64,000 nucleotides of DNA. It comes from Octopus sinensis (Eukaryota). Where the stretch lies: positions 103,974,001 to 104,038,000 of the forward strand of contig NC_043005.1 of the NCBI RefSeq assembly GCF_006345805.1, read 5' to 3'. Both the position numbers and the translations under genes were made by a program. Under the pieces are notes generated by a model that was not told the DNA's origin, ran no database searches, and worked only from the letters and a program-made list of their open reading frames with translations. Below, piece after piece: positions 40,642-55,169 of the stretch. Numbering within the stretch: position 1 is the stretch's first letter; every line of letters begins with the position of its first letter.

Positions 40642-40647
40642 AAAAAA
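40642..40647 (-). terminator. Pol III terminator (T6)
   Basis: AAAAAA on the plus strand, 11 nt 3' of the tRNA end. Confidence 0.6.
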
Positions 40648-40658
40648 TTAAATCAGTA

Positions 40659-40730
40659 AGGTTCTACCGAGACTCGAACTCGGATCGCTGGATTCAGAGT
40701 CCAGAGTGCTCACCATTACACCATAGAACC
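40659..40730 (-). tRNA. tRNA-Gln (anticodon CTG)
   Basis: GGTTCTATGGTGTAATGGTGAGCACTCTGGACTCTGAATCCAGCGATCCGAGTTCGAGTCTCGGTAGAACCT, 72 nt. Acceptor (GGTTCTA/TAGAACC), anticodon (CTGGA/TCCAG) and T (CCGAG/CTCGG) stems are perfect. Confidence 0.93.
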
Positions 40731-40873
40731 GACTTGTGACCTTAAGTATGTTGAATAAATTCATAATGTTCTTCCTGTATTTTCTTTCACCCAAAGCCAC
40801 GAAGATTTCGGCACCCTCTCGTACACACACACACACACACACATACACACATACACGCATACCTAAATGTGTA

Positions 40874-40999
<126 letters not shown>

Positions 41000-41506
41000 C
41001 CTACCTACCTATCTATCTATCTATCTTTCTATCTGTCATCTGCCTGTCTGTCTGTCTATATCTATCTATATATATAAACATATACAGATAAGTATGTGTG
41101 TGTGTGTGCATGTAACTATATGGACATACATAAATACAGAGGGAAAAAGGGAAAGATACGTACGTAGATGGATAGACTGATTGATAGATCGGTATATAAT
41201 TAGTGGTAATGGTGGCGATATTGTCCGTGGAGGTAGACTTAATCTGTTGACCGGTGTAACCCATCTTGTCCTTAGTGTCACTTGCGGTGTCCGCTTTATT
41301 ACAAACATTCGGAGCAGGCAGGTTTCCGGTGTGAGGACATTGTCATTCAGTGCTTCCTGTTGTAGCAAACCATGAGTCCTAGTTTCTGTTTTCCTCCCCC
41401 CATCCCACCTCTCACCACAATAGCCTCGGAGACTCTGCTGAAAGGTCATAGGCATTGTTGATTTTCCTTCTCTGACTGGGCTAGCAAAGGAAACAACGGA
41501 TTGTCC

Positions 41507-41597
<91 letters not shown>

Positions 41598-41747
41598 AGT
41601 CTAGCTGACTGTCTTCTGTCCGTCTGTTTGTCTGTCTAAATGTATGTACGTACGTACGTATGTATGTATATATGCGTGTATGCGTGTAAACGTGTATACG
41701 TGTCTCTGTGTGTGTGAGTATAAATACACACACACACACACACATAT

Positions 41748-41870
<123 letters not shown>

Positions 41871-42299
41871 GTACATACATATGTAATATGCACACATATA
41901 TATGAAGTGCAATAGGGTGCGAGAGCCCTGTTTTGCGCCTGCTTCGTTGTTTCTTTCTGTTAGTCGCCTTCTTAAAAGCAGTCTCTGAATATTGCGTATC
42001 GTCGCCTGTACAGACAAATGAAAGCTAATTGTTAGAGGAATAAGCTCACGATCATAATGTCTTGGTTTCAGTAACTGGACTGAGGGGTAAGTTGTGTCCT
42101 TGAAGAAGACACTTCATTTTTCCAGTGCACCCCACTTTAAATAAGTACAATCGAAGCTATCACACTATGGATGATTGGCTGGAACAAGGGTGAGAGGGCT
42201 GAGAGGATATCTATGACCAACGGTCCTTCAAGTAGATGTTGACAGCAAATGAACTGCCTGACAAACGCAACTCGTCTCTTCTTCAGAAGCGGTGGAAAG

Positions 42300-42654
42300 C
42301 AAGCGCACCGATCAGGTAGCAGTAGATAACAGATGCTATGTAGATATTCGCCACCTCTGACTGACACTTCATAGACAGTTTCCCCACATAAAAAAGGGGA
42401 AGATAGTGCCAATTATTGTTGGGGCCTTGGGGACAGTATCTGCAAAGGCATCAAAAGGAATATAAAGGAAATGGGAAGAGAGTAACCGGTAGAACTTTTT
42501 AAAAAAGGTTTGCCTCCTTGGCACAGTCAGAATCATCAGGAAAGTATGAGGTACGATTTGAAGAGAGCAGGTAGCATGGTAACGTGGGCTGCAAATAGCA
42601 AGCCCACTACGATTGCAAGACACCAAAAGTTCCAACAAAACCCAAGTTAAAATG

Positions 42655-42696
<42 letters not shown>

Positions 42697-42776
42697 TAAT
42701 ATAATAATAATATAATAATAATAATAATATAATAATAATATAATAATAATAATAGTAATAATATAATAATAATAAT

Positions 42777-42808
<32 letters not shown>

Positions 42809-42816
42809 TAATAATA

Positions 42817-42851
<35 letters not shown>

Positions 42852-42860
42852 GTAATAGTA

Positions 42861-42933
<73 letters not shown>

Positions 42934-42934
42934 T
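42300..42934 (+). mobile_element. R4/Dong-like element 3' end with (TAA)n tail
   Basis: KIVPIIVGALGTVS and KKVCLLGTVRIIRKV* (stop 42547-42549), ~100-bp 3' UTR, then ~280 bp of (TAA)n. Confidence 0.8.
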
Positions 42935-43100
42935 AACTGATTGGAAGTGTTATCATGTACATTGTTTTGTCTTGGTATAAAAGATGGGCTACAGCAAATA
43001 TTCTGCTCAATACCACAGATTTGCTTGTCAGTTGTTTGACCTTAACCAGATGAGCATGTCCCTTAGTGGCTGACGATATGTGCATCTCTGATCACGAGCA
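42935..43100 (+). mobile_element. Fragment of the (TAA)n-embedded element
   Basis: AACTGATTGGAAGTGTTATCATG..CTCTGATCACGAGCA, near-identical to 27218-27382. Confidence 0.85.
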
Positions 43101-43795
43101 TTACTAACACCAACATAAAAAAGCAATCACCATTGCAAATAGTGACACCACACCTATAACACAAACACCACAACCGTTACCATAACATAAGCATCATTAA
43201 GGCACCAGCGGTAGCAGCAGTAGCAGCAGCAGCAGAAGCAGCGACAGCAGCATTATCACACCACCACCTCTACCACTACAACCATATACCATTACACTAG
43301 TGCCGTCACTACTTAATACTACTACCACCTCTTTAATCACCACCACCACCACCATTAACAGCAACTGCAACTACAACAGTAGTAGCAACAAGAACATCAA
43401 CAGCGGTAACAACAACAACCCCAACACTACCACCACAATGACGATGTCGACTACGACGACCACCACCACCACCGTTACCACCACCAACACTACCACCACC
43501 ACCAGCACCACCGCCGCCATAACACCATATGTGAATTACTTTGATCGGTAATTCGTCCTAAGTGACAACTTTGTTATTTTCTAGATAAATCTTCAAATGA
43601 AGGAGTTAATTGGAGGAAAGTATAAAACACTTCAGTTAAAATTACTCACACACACACATATACACGCACACACACACATATGTTTTGTATGCATGTGTAT
43701 ACACACGTACACATGTATGTATATATATGCTTGTATGTGAGTCTGCGTGAGTGTGTGTTTGGATATATGCATGAATGTATGTATGCGATGGATGC

Positions 43796-44603
<808 letters not shown>

Positions 44604-44869
44604 ATATATATATATATATATATATATACATACAAACATACATACATATACACTGAGACACACACACACACATACACACGGGCGAGCACATAGATTAAAA
44701 AGAGAAGAGCTGTACTAGAATTATATTGATGTCTATGTACCACACATCGCCAACAAAAAGATATGAAACAGTGGCGTTGTTTGTAATTTCACCATTTCAC
44801 CTTAAAATTCATGTAACGTAATCTTTATCGACATAGTGAATTCTTTAAAACTCGAATTCTTACGACTCT

Positions 44870-45175
44870 GTGTTAGAGCATCGGGCTTACAATCATGAGG
44901 TAGTGAGTTCAATTCCCGGACCGTGTTGTGGGTTGTGTTCTTGAGCAAGACACTTTATTACATGTTGCTCCAGTTCATTCATCTGTAGAAATGAGTCGCG
45001 ATGTCATTGGTGCGAATCTGTATCAGCCTTTGCCTTTCCCTTGGACAACATCGGCGGCGTGGAGAGGGGAGACTGGTATACGTGGGCTACCACTGGTCTT
45101 CCACAGACAGCCTTACCAGGATTTGTGCCACGGAGAGGAACCTTCTGGGTGGAATCTCATGGCAATCCGCATCTG
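44870..45175 (+). mobile_element. SINE family C (tRNA-derived)
   Basis: GTTAGAGCATCGGGCTTACAATCATGAGGTAGTGAGTTCAATTCC head; CTTGAGCAAGACACTT core. The body is shared with 52245-52430 (-). Confidence 0.75.
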
Positions 45176-45365
45176 AATGGGGTCTTTACTCCTTATGCCG
45201 TTAGAGTGGATGAAGATTAGCGAATGACCTGTTCAGCAGTCGGTGATGCACATAGACCCCATTATCCTCACGTTTTGCATAAATCTCACCTTATCCCTCA
45301 TGTAGCCAAGCAGATTCTAGTGTACAGAATGAATGTGCATCCATGACGTCTTGTTGTAGGTGGAA

Positions 45366-45465
45366 CATGGTGCTGTTGACGGACAAACCATGCGCGGAGA
45401 CAGAAAGTTGCAGATGACGGACAAACCATGTCTCCGCGCATGGAATGTCCGTCGACAGCACCATG
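45366..45465. repeat. 37-bp inverted repeat hairpin (34/37), 26-nt loop
   Basis: Arms 45366-45402 and 45429-45465. Confidence 0.9.
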
Positions 45466-45466
45466 C

Positions 45467-45542
45467 TACCGTTAGTTACCGTTTAGTTACCGTTTAGTAA
45501 ACGGTTAGTTACCGTTTGACGAAACGGTTAGTTACCGTTTGG
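45467..45542. repeat. GTTAGTTACCGTTT tandem/palindromic repeats
   Basis: About five units; two form AAACGGT-TAGTT-ACCGTTT hairpins. Confidence 0.85.
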
Positions 45543-46480
45543 TCATTCAAGGGTTGCTGGATTTCACTGCTATTTCGATCGAGTGGATATCGAACCTAAG
45601 GTGTGATCAACATATTTCTAAGATTTTAGCTGCATCTTGGGGGTTGTCCCGTCTGCAGGTTCACTGAATCCATTCGCAAATGAACTTGAATTATAGATAA
45701 AAAGTGCTGCCCTTTGTTTCTCGTCTCTGATTCCCTGATTCTGGTCGAGGGGCGACTGAAGGTATACCAGTGATGCAGTGAAAATACCAAGATAAATGAG
45801 TGAGTGCGAAAGAGAGAGAAGGAAAGAGAGAGTGAGAGAAGGAATGGGAGAGGATATCGATCCCAAGTAGGATACCGAATGAATGGCAAAGTTGGCCTTG
45901 GTAGGATTTGAACAGAGAGACCGAATGAATATAGCAATTCCTTTTATCCACCCAACTGCCTCTCCCTTAATTCTTCCTCTCTTGCTCCTATTCGCTCTCC
46001 TCATGAAACGTTTCTTTTTTTCTTAATTCTTCTTTCACTCTACACCATTTCAATCCTACTCGATTGTAGCAACCATTTCTTTGCAATTCCTAGGATGTAA
46101 TTCTTTACTATGTTCCATCTTGTGGACTAAGGACAAAGAATAACTCTTCTTTCTCTCTCCGAAGAAAGACATAGTCCGAAATAACGGAAATTCCTCTCCC
46201 GACGGCATACGAACTTAAAAAACATTTCTTACACATATATGCATGCATGCATACATAAATAAATGCATACATATGCATGTATAACTATATAGTATATACA
46301 CACACACACGCACACACATACGTATACATCTATCTATCTGTCGATATATATATATATATATATATATGCATATATGAAAAACAGGCATTTAGATTTTTCA
46401 TAATCTGAACGGTTGTCAGTTTTTATGTTCTCTCTCTCACTCACACCGTATGTATATATTTATGTATGTAGTCATGCATG

Positions 46481-46543
<63 letters not shown>

Positions 46544-48824
46544 GCAACTGCGTGTACGTACGTTTATGCATGTGTGCCTGTGTACTAGAAAGCATCACTG
46601 TGTGATACTGTTTATCCTGTCAGCCTGTAGCTTAAAGATTAAATAAAACCAAAACGTCAGAGAATTAACGCAACTCTTTGGAGTGAACAAGCAGGATCTT
46701 TTAATTTCCATTGACTGCCTGCCTCAATAATATTGTAGTAACATTGGCAGTATTAAAGATCATCTGAAGCCGGAAGTAAGGCCCTAAGTTACTCCGTATT
46801 GATTGCTTTTTAGGATTCGTGAAACATACTCCAACTCAAATAATTGCAATGTGTCACTTGAATCGGAAGTCTAACAAAATTGTGAAATATTTGTGTGCAT
46901 TCTTTCTCTTAGATTAAAGTTGATATAACTAACTATAGACATGTAAATAGATACTGAGCTAATAAAACAAGCGTCAGTCTATCATTCTATATTCCTTCTG
47001 GTGTAGTTTCTTTCGATACGACTACGCGTGGATGTTGGATGAATACGTAATTATATATAAGCATGTATGTATGTATGTATGTATGTATGTATGTATGTAT
47101 GTATGTATGTATGTGTGTACGTATGTATGTATGTACGTATGTATGTATGTCTATATGTGTGTATATAGGTATGTATGTGTGCATACGTATAGATATATAT
47201 GTGTGTGTATCTGTCTATTTATCTATCTACATATCAATCTTAATACATATGTGTATATATGAACAACGAGGTGTGTTTTTGTTGTTGTTTTACCCGTTAC
47301 CAAAATGGACAAAGACAGAGGACGAGAAAGGGAGAGAGAGTAAGCGAGCGAGAGAGAGGAGGAGAGAGATGTATTGAAGAGTAAAGAGAAAAACAGACAT
47401 AGGAGAGAGAGGGAAAGAGAGTGAGAGAGAGAATGAATGCGAGTAATTGCAAACAACACAATATATATCACAGCAAGACGCCATTGCTGGCTACCATTTT
47501 CTACTTGGTGTCATGTTCGATAGTGACCAGAATACAAAGTAGATACGTGATACGAATATACAACGAAACATATGCCTCAACTGTGATTTCTCTCAGACAT
47601 TCTTCACCAAACTGTCCTTTTCATTTCTCCTTCTCGAAAACTCTATCTATTGCCATCTTTAATCTTCAATTGCTCTCGCCATTCTTCACCTTATATTCGT
47701 CATAAGTTATCTAATTTCTGTCATAAAATGTATAATTTTGTTATATATAGTTTCTTCGCATTGTTCCAAACACTTAATTTGTTGTTTAAGTTATGGCTTT
47801 CATGTAATCAGGTATTTCCTCTACCTTGATTATGTCTTTAATTACATTTTCGACTTCACACATTTTTATATCTAATTTAGTGTTTTTCTAAAGCTTGTAC
47901 TGAAATTTATATGATTACCTTCATATTTCTTAAAGATATTAAAGTATGTAACAGATAAAATAATTTAATAATCAGAAGTTCTGTACTGCAAGGAAAATAA
48001 AGAGGGCGTGGCCTGAGGTGGGGAGAGGTTTATTGGTAGTGAGTACGTCAGGTATCCATCTTCATCTCCTTGAATATATAGAGAGAGATTTAGAGGAGGA
48101 GAGAGAGAGAGGAGGAAGAAATAGAAAGAGAGAATACAGAGAGAGAGAGAGAGAACAAATTAGAGTTACATAAAAAATACTAAAAATAGATAGATAGAGA
48201 GAGAGAAAGAAAGACAGACAAGTCGATTGCCTACAAATGGTAGAAATGTACAAAGACAATCTCATGTCGGGGAGTGTCATCTATCTATCCATCTATCTAT
48301 CTGTCGGTCTGTCTGCCTGTCTATCTATCAACCAATCTCTCTCTCTCTCACTCTCTCTCACTCCTTCTCTCACTCTCTCTCTCTCTCTCTCATATATATA
48401 TGCACACGCACAAACTTATATACATGCTCATGTATGTAATACACACACACACATATATATATACATACAATGTATATATATATGTGTGTGTATATATGTG
48501 ATTTGTTGTCAGGATGGACTGGATAGAAAAATCTATCTGGGATATCGTCTATTTGTGAAGCCTCTGAAAGTACATGTCACAAATTTGAACGGTACAAAGA
48601 AAATTTTTGACCTGGTTATAAATTTCTCCAAAAAACATAAGCATAGTGATGGGCTATAATATATGAATGCTTGCCATTGAGTTTCTCAGTCAGGGCTGGC
48701 ATGGATTAAGTAACAAAATGAATCTTGAATTACTGTAATTAGTGCCACGAACATAAATCTCAAGAAAGAAAAAAACAAAAACCAAAAACAAGTAGATAAA
48801 CATGACAAATAAATTATTCAAGTT

Positions 48825-49020
48825 CGGGAACAAGGCCACCAATTTTAAGTGAGTGGATAAGTCGATTACAACGACACCAGTGTTCAACTGGTACTTCATT
48901 CACCGACTCTGGGATGAAATAAAAAACCGATCGCGACAGAATTTGAACCTAGAACATGAAGACCTGGAAGAAATGCCGGTTAGCATTTTGTCTGATTTGT
49001 CGACGATTGTGTCAGCCCCC
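48825..49020 (-). mobile_element. Degenerate SINE B
   Basis: GTCGATTACAACGACACCAGTGTTCAACTGGTAC..GAATTTGAACCTAGAAC. Confidence 0.6.
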
Positions 49021-50046
49021 ACTTTAAACATGATAAATAATAAAACTGGTATTAACACATACAATATACTAAAATAGTTACCAAAAATTAATCATTATTT
49101 ATTGAAAAAATCTGGCCGCGTGAGGCATGGAACATAAATATGGAGTTTGAATTAAATTAATATTAAATTGCAATGCAGTTTATACCAAGTCTGTTCCAGA
49201 GTTGTCTCTCATACCTTACTTGACCAGTATTAATCAATATGATAATAGTTTTATTTTACATCTTCCTTGCGGCTGCAAATTTAATCGCTTAAACTCTCTC
49301 GGTTCACGACATTAGCAATGTTAACTTACACTTTACTATTTATTTTCATGCCTAAGGCGGCCAAGGGATTTTCCCACAATTATTATTTTTTTTTCAAACA
49401 TAATAAAATATGGTTTAAAATGTTCTTTTCTCTTATCCTGCTGTTTATTTATTAGGACAGTCTGTTCAAAGTAAATGCAAAATGTCGGCCGTTTTCAACT
49501 TAAGCTCATTCAGTGCATCGGCCGCCATCATTATTCTTTCAGCTTTGCCTTAGCTACAACTTTCCATTCATACATTCCCTTCTCTTATTTTAGAAACTCT
49601 CACCATCCCCCGTTTTTTTTTTTGTTAACTGCCTCTTTTTATTTTCGTTTTCGTTTTTATCTCTTTATTTATTTATTATTATTATTAATATTTTTTGTGC
49701 GTAGAGACACACCAGCATAAGCAATTTTGTAATATTTTATAATAAATCTTTGAAAAGATTAGATTAGGAACAAAACAGGTTCAAAATTTCTCATGCATAA
49801 AATTTACAATATGTTTACTTTATCTATATTTTTTTCATGTTCCTTATTTCTTTTTATCTATCATTAACGGTAAATCGAAGACTTAATCACTTCACACACA
49901 TCTAAATTGTACATTTTTTTTTATCGATTTAAATGTAAAATGTAGAACATGAGTTATAAATGTTCTCACGCAGACACATGCATACATCAATGTATGTACA
50001 CATATATATATGTGTCTGTGTACATATATCTGCATATATATATATT

Positions 50047-50086
<40 letters not shown>

Positions 50087-50246
50087 GTGTGTGTGTGTGT
50101 GTGTATTTATACATGCATATATAAATACATGCACAAATACATATATACATATACACATACATACGCACATATATATATCTATATTTATGTCTATATCTAT
50201 ATCTATCTATCAATATATATATATATAAATACACACACACACACAC

Positions 50247-50297
<51 letters not shown>

Positions 50298-50657
50298 CAT
50301 ATTGATAAATATACATACACTCAGATATATATCATAACGCCATTATGGACACAAAAACTGCGTCGCCAATCTAAACTCCACCAGCTCAATTAATGTAATG
50401 TACTATTAATGATTTAGGATGCAATGAGATCTAGACAGATGAAAATACTCCTTCCGGTTACGCTCTTATATGATTATGGCGTGTTTTGTTGTTGTTGTTT
50501 TTTTTTTTTTTTACCTCCACCTCGATCTGAAAAGCAAAGAGCTTTAGCAAAAGAGCTTCTGTAATCTATTCATCTTTTGAGCCATACTCATTAAAAAGAT
50601 ATATTTCATTTTTACCGTGGTTAAAAAAAATTGTGCGTATGTGTATGTGTCTATAGA

Positions 50658-50708
<51 letters not shown>

Positions 50709-50758
50709 TATATATATATATATATAATATATATATATATACAGCAATATATTTACAG

Positions 50759-50792
<34 letters not shown>

Positions 50793-51106
50793 GCAATTAC
50801 AGATATATATATATACGTGTGTGTGTATGTATGTATATGTATAATTTATTCACATACGTATATCATTATGTGTAGCTATCTATCTATATTTATGTATTGA
50901 TACGTACATATGCATACGTACATATCTGTGTGTGTGTGTAATCAAATTGATATAAGTGTATGGTTACTCACACTCACCCACGCACACCCGAATATAGACA
51001 GTTAAATACATATAAACGCGTGTACAGCTGCTTGTACGTGTATACATATAAGTATGTATCTGTGTGTATTATATATGCATACATATACATATACATATAC
51101 ATACAT

Positions 51107-51137
<31 letters not shown>

Positions 51138-51144
51138 ATATATA

Positions 51145-51254
<110 letters not shown>

Positions 51255-51674
51255 ATATATGTATGTGTGTGTGTATATATATATATAAGAAATGATGATT
51301 GTAGGAAAGCAGGAGAAAGGTGCGGCGGCAGGAGGTTGTGTTTGATGTAGCGACAGCAGACAGTAGAAGCCAGTCCCAGTTGCAAAAATACTGAACTCTT
51401 CTGATGATCTTTCGCAGAGTCTTCAGAGGAAGTAATTATTTCATTATGTCTTTTATTTTCTTTGTTGTGTTTATTGTTGTTGTTGCTTCTATTTTTACTG
51501 TATTTGTTATTTTATTTTCCTGTAATTCTTTAAATTTTGGGAAATTCAGAATATATAATTATTTTCTTATGTAAAAGTTTGCGAATATATGTCTACATTT
51601 CTTTGTTAGTCTACGTTTCTGTCTCTCAATACAACCCACAACACACACACATATTCGTATACATACATGTATAG

Positions 51675-51733
<59 letters not shown>

Positions 51734-51739
51734 GAATGA

Positions 51740-51905
51740 ATCGACTCCAGTGTTAATTTTATTTTATAAAATCTGGTACTAATTCTATCGTGCCCTTTTG
51801 CTGAACTGCTAAGTGAACGTAAACACACCAATACCAGTTGTGAAACGGTGCTAGAAGACAAGCACACGTACACACACACACATGTACATGCACACACATG
51901 TACAT

Positions 51906-51940
<35 letters not shown>

Positions 51941-52130
51941 ACACACAATATATAAATATTTATAGATATATATGATGGACTTCTTTCTCTTTCCGTCTAC
52001 CAAGGCTTTCACAAGGCTTTAGCCCACCCGACGCTATAGTAGAAGAAACCTGCCTATGGTTTCCGCGCAGTGAGAATGAACCCGGAACCATGTGGCTAGA
52101 AAGCAAACGTCTTACCACACAGCCACGTCT
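51740..52130 (-). mobile_element. SINE A
   Basis: Reverse-complement head GAACCCGGAACCATGTGG..CACACAGCCAC and 3' half, separated by a CA/TA microsatellite. Confidence 0.75.
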
Positions 52131-52244
52131 CACACACGTACACACACAAATACGAAATTTCATTTCTGTACAATTCAAAAGTTTACTACAATTAAAGGGT
52201 AAGGGTAAAGACCCACTTCGTTCATAAATGATCACGGATTGCAC

Positions 52245-52430
52245 CAAGACAGTTTCCCTCCGAGGCACAAGTCCGGGCAAGATTGTTTATGGAAGACTAC
52301 CAGTCGCTCATGCATACCAGCCACCTCTCTCCATGCCACCGATGTTATCCAAGGAAAAGGCAAATGCCGATACAGTTTGGCACCAATGAATTCGCAACTC
52401 GTTTCTGCAGCTGAATGAACTGGATCAATA
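52245..52430 (-). mobile_element. SINE C body
   Basis: Reverse complement matches 44960-45145. Confidence 0.7.
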
Positions 52431-52854
52431 TGGGATCTAGTTTCTTTCATTCGCAAAATATGTGAAATTTATAGTTTAGTGTCTGACCTGTTCATTGTAG
52501 GTTTCTAAATAAACAGAAATACCTAATAAAATCAACTTGTATCATTTTACTGTTTCTTTTGTCTCGTCATTTATTGTATGTTTTTATCATTTTTTAAAAT
52601 TTGATATATTGATATATGTCTGCATGTGTTTACCTTATGCGTACTTCAGTATTATGTATACCTGACATCATTAATATATACTTGCAAGTGTGTGTGTGAA
52701 AAGGGGGGCGTCTGTCTCCAAAACTCCGAAGTTGAGTAACGTTTTCATACTTGAATTTGTAAACTACGATAAGAATAACAGTGGTCAACAAAGAATTGTC
52801 CCAAGGAAAAGATTACCTGTGTCTTATTTGGTTTTTGCATACAGAATTCAGAAA

Positions 52855-52990
52855 TAATCTTTTCTACTCTAGGCATAAGGCCCGAAATTTTGGGGGAGAG
52901 AGCCAGTGAATTAGATCGACCCCAGTACGCAACTGGTACTTAATTTATCGACCTCGAAAGAATGAAAGGCAAAGTCGACCTTGGCGGAAA
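52855..52990 (-). mobile_element. SINE B 3' half (alternative tail)
   Basis: TTCTACTCTAGGCATAAGGCCCGAAATTTT..GAAAGGCAAAGTCGACCTTGGCGGAA. Confidence 0.8.
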
Positions 52991-53624
52991 GAATTCAAAA
53001 ATAATGTCAAATTATCTGCATCACCCACAGTTTCTTTGTGCCACGATATCCCTCTCAGTTCCTGTTACGTGGGCTAAGTTTCAGTTAAGCTGTTGAAATG
53101 TGAAGCTAACGGTTTAAGAAATAACCCTAATTTACATTTTTATGAACAGAATTAACTTAGTGAAATCAAAAATATATGAAATGAAAAACATGTAAAAATA
53201 CTAACACACAGAAAAAACACAGAAAAATACTAACACACAGAAGCACAGAAATAATATGTAATATACTAACACACAGAAAACTTACAATAAAACTCGTGGG
53301 TGAAATCAACATAGACAACAGCGACACAGACAACAGTGAACCACAACACAGTTTACAGTTGTCATAGTAACAAGCTGCTAATGCCACGCTGTCTGTTGAT
53401 TGGCTAAAATTACCCAAACTTCCCAACTTCAATTCAAAATAACATCAGATTCTTTAATTTACGAGATAAAGTAATTGGTTGATAATAATTAAAATTCAGA
53501 GTTGCATTGATTCACCAAAACTGAAAGCAATCTGGGCAAAATAAAGAGGGGCTCATTTTGCGAATGAGAAAGACTAGATCCGCATTATGAAATAAAGTGT
53601 CTTGTCCATGAATACAATTTACAG

Positions 53625-53694
53625 CCTGTTCCCGGAATCGAACTCAGTACCTTATGATTGGGAGCCCGACGCTCTAACCACTGAGCTATGCGCC
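53625..53694 (-). mobile_element. Isolated SINE C tRNA-like head
   Basis: GGCGCATAGCTCAGTGGTTAGAGCGTCGGGCTCCCAATCATAAGGTACTGAGTTCGATTCC. A and B boxes are present; acceptor and anticodon stems do not close. Confidence 0.75.
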
Positions 53695-54747
53695 TTCACA
53701 ATTACAAACCTTCTACAATTACAAACGTACTTAAAGTATGTGAAACTTCGGCAACCGTTACCATTCCTACGCCACCTTTACCACCCCTGCAACACCGCTG
53801 CCATTACCCGTTTAACATATGGAGGAAAAAATCAACAAAACAACAGCAATAAAAGAGGCCAAAAAACCCAAATAAAAGTGAAAAAAAGAACAACGACAAC
53901 AACACAACATAAACAGTCAGTATAAAAAAATATAAAATCTAAATCTATTTCGCCCATAGGAAGATATTGTTGCTCCGTCCGAACAGGAGGTGAGCAGTGG
54001 AAAAAAAATCACACCAAATATAGCATATGACCTTTTAAAATTAAGTACGTTGCCTTTTTAGTTCCTAAAATAAATACCCTATGAAGTTATGTCAATGAGA
54101 AACTTCTGTACTAATTTTATTTTGATTCGGCCAAAATAACCATCCGTTTGTCGAAGAGAGAATGATAGGACCTATCCTTTAAGGGCTGATAACCACCGGA
54201 TGAACTAGTTCAGTTTTGAGTGTGTTCGCTGTTTATATTGCTAATTTTTTTTCTAGGTCAGTCCTAAGTTCAAAAGTTCAAAGTGATGACTTCATTAAAA
54301 GTTTTGTCTATTATTATTTTTATCATTAGATTTTATTGTTCTATTTGTACTCCTCCTCCTCCTCTTCCACATCATCATCATCATCATCATTATGATTATT
54401 ATTATTGTTTGTGACACGAATGCTTCTATTATTTTTCGTTTTGTTCTTGCTTGATTCACTTCAAAGAAAGCCGAAATAAAATGAAGTCCTTCCGCCGAAA
54501 CTTAGTCACTAGCAATAATTCATAATAGTTTGAAACCCTTAAAAATTTTGAAATGTTTTCACACACACACACACGTATGTATATCTATGTATATGTGTAT
54601 ATATGTATACACACAGTTATATATTATTCATGTATGTATAAGACGGTGCTCAAGCACGGCTACAATCAAATATGCGAAACAAGTAAAAGAATAAAAGAAA
54701 CAGTATATACATACGTATATATACAGTATATGTATACGTATGCATGC

Positions 54748-54789
<42 letters not shown>

Positions 54790-55169
54790 ATGTATTAGTA
54801 ACACGGATTCAAAACAATCAAACAGATATCACATTAAGCTGTTCGCCAAGTGCATGGCTGACGAGAATGACCATGGTTAAGGTTAGGATAAACCTTAGCG
54901 TCGTTCTGAAAATCCAGGAAATAGAATGGTAGACAATTTGTATACAGACAGAGCAGATAGGAAAATACTTTCATGTATTCTAGGTTGATATCAGAAAGTT
55001 ATAATTGGCTTCGCGTCTATATTGAACTGGGCACTCATCAAACATGATGGTTGGAATCACATGGTTTCTTTATTGATAGAGATAAATATACAGTTTTGAT
55101 CGGTTTAGTGGAGAAGGAAACCCAAAGGAATAAAAAAAAAGGAAACATTTCTGGGAGGGGAAAGAAGAG

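Larger units (their letters stand above)
40446..40823. mobile_element. Mariner-type MITE carrying an internal insertion
   Basis: Imperfect 31-bp TIRs (40446-40476 versus the reverse complement of 40793-40823, 22/31 by my alignment), ending in ..CTCGTA. Confidence 0.7.

Noticed and set aside
53625-53694. Second tRNA gene
   Set aside because: A and B boxes are present but the acceptor and anticodon stems do not pair. It matches the SINE C head at 44870.
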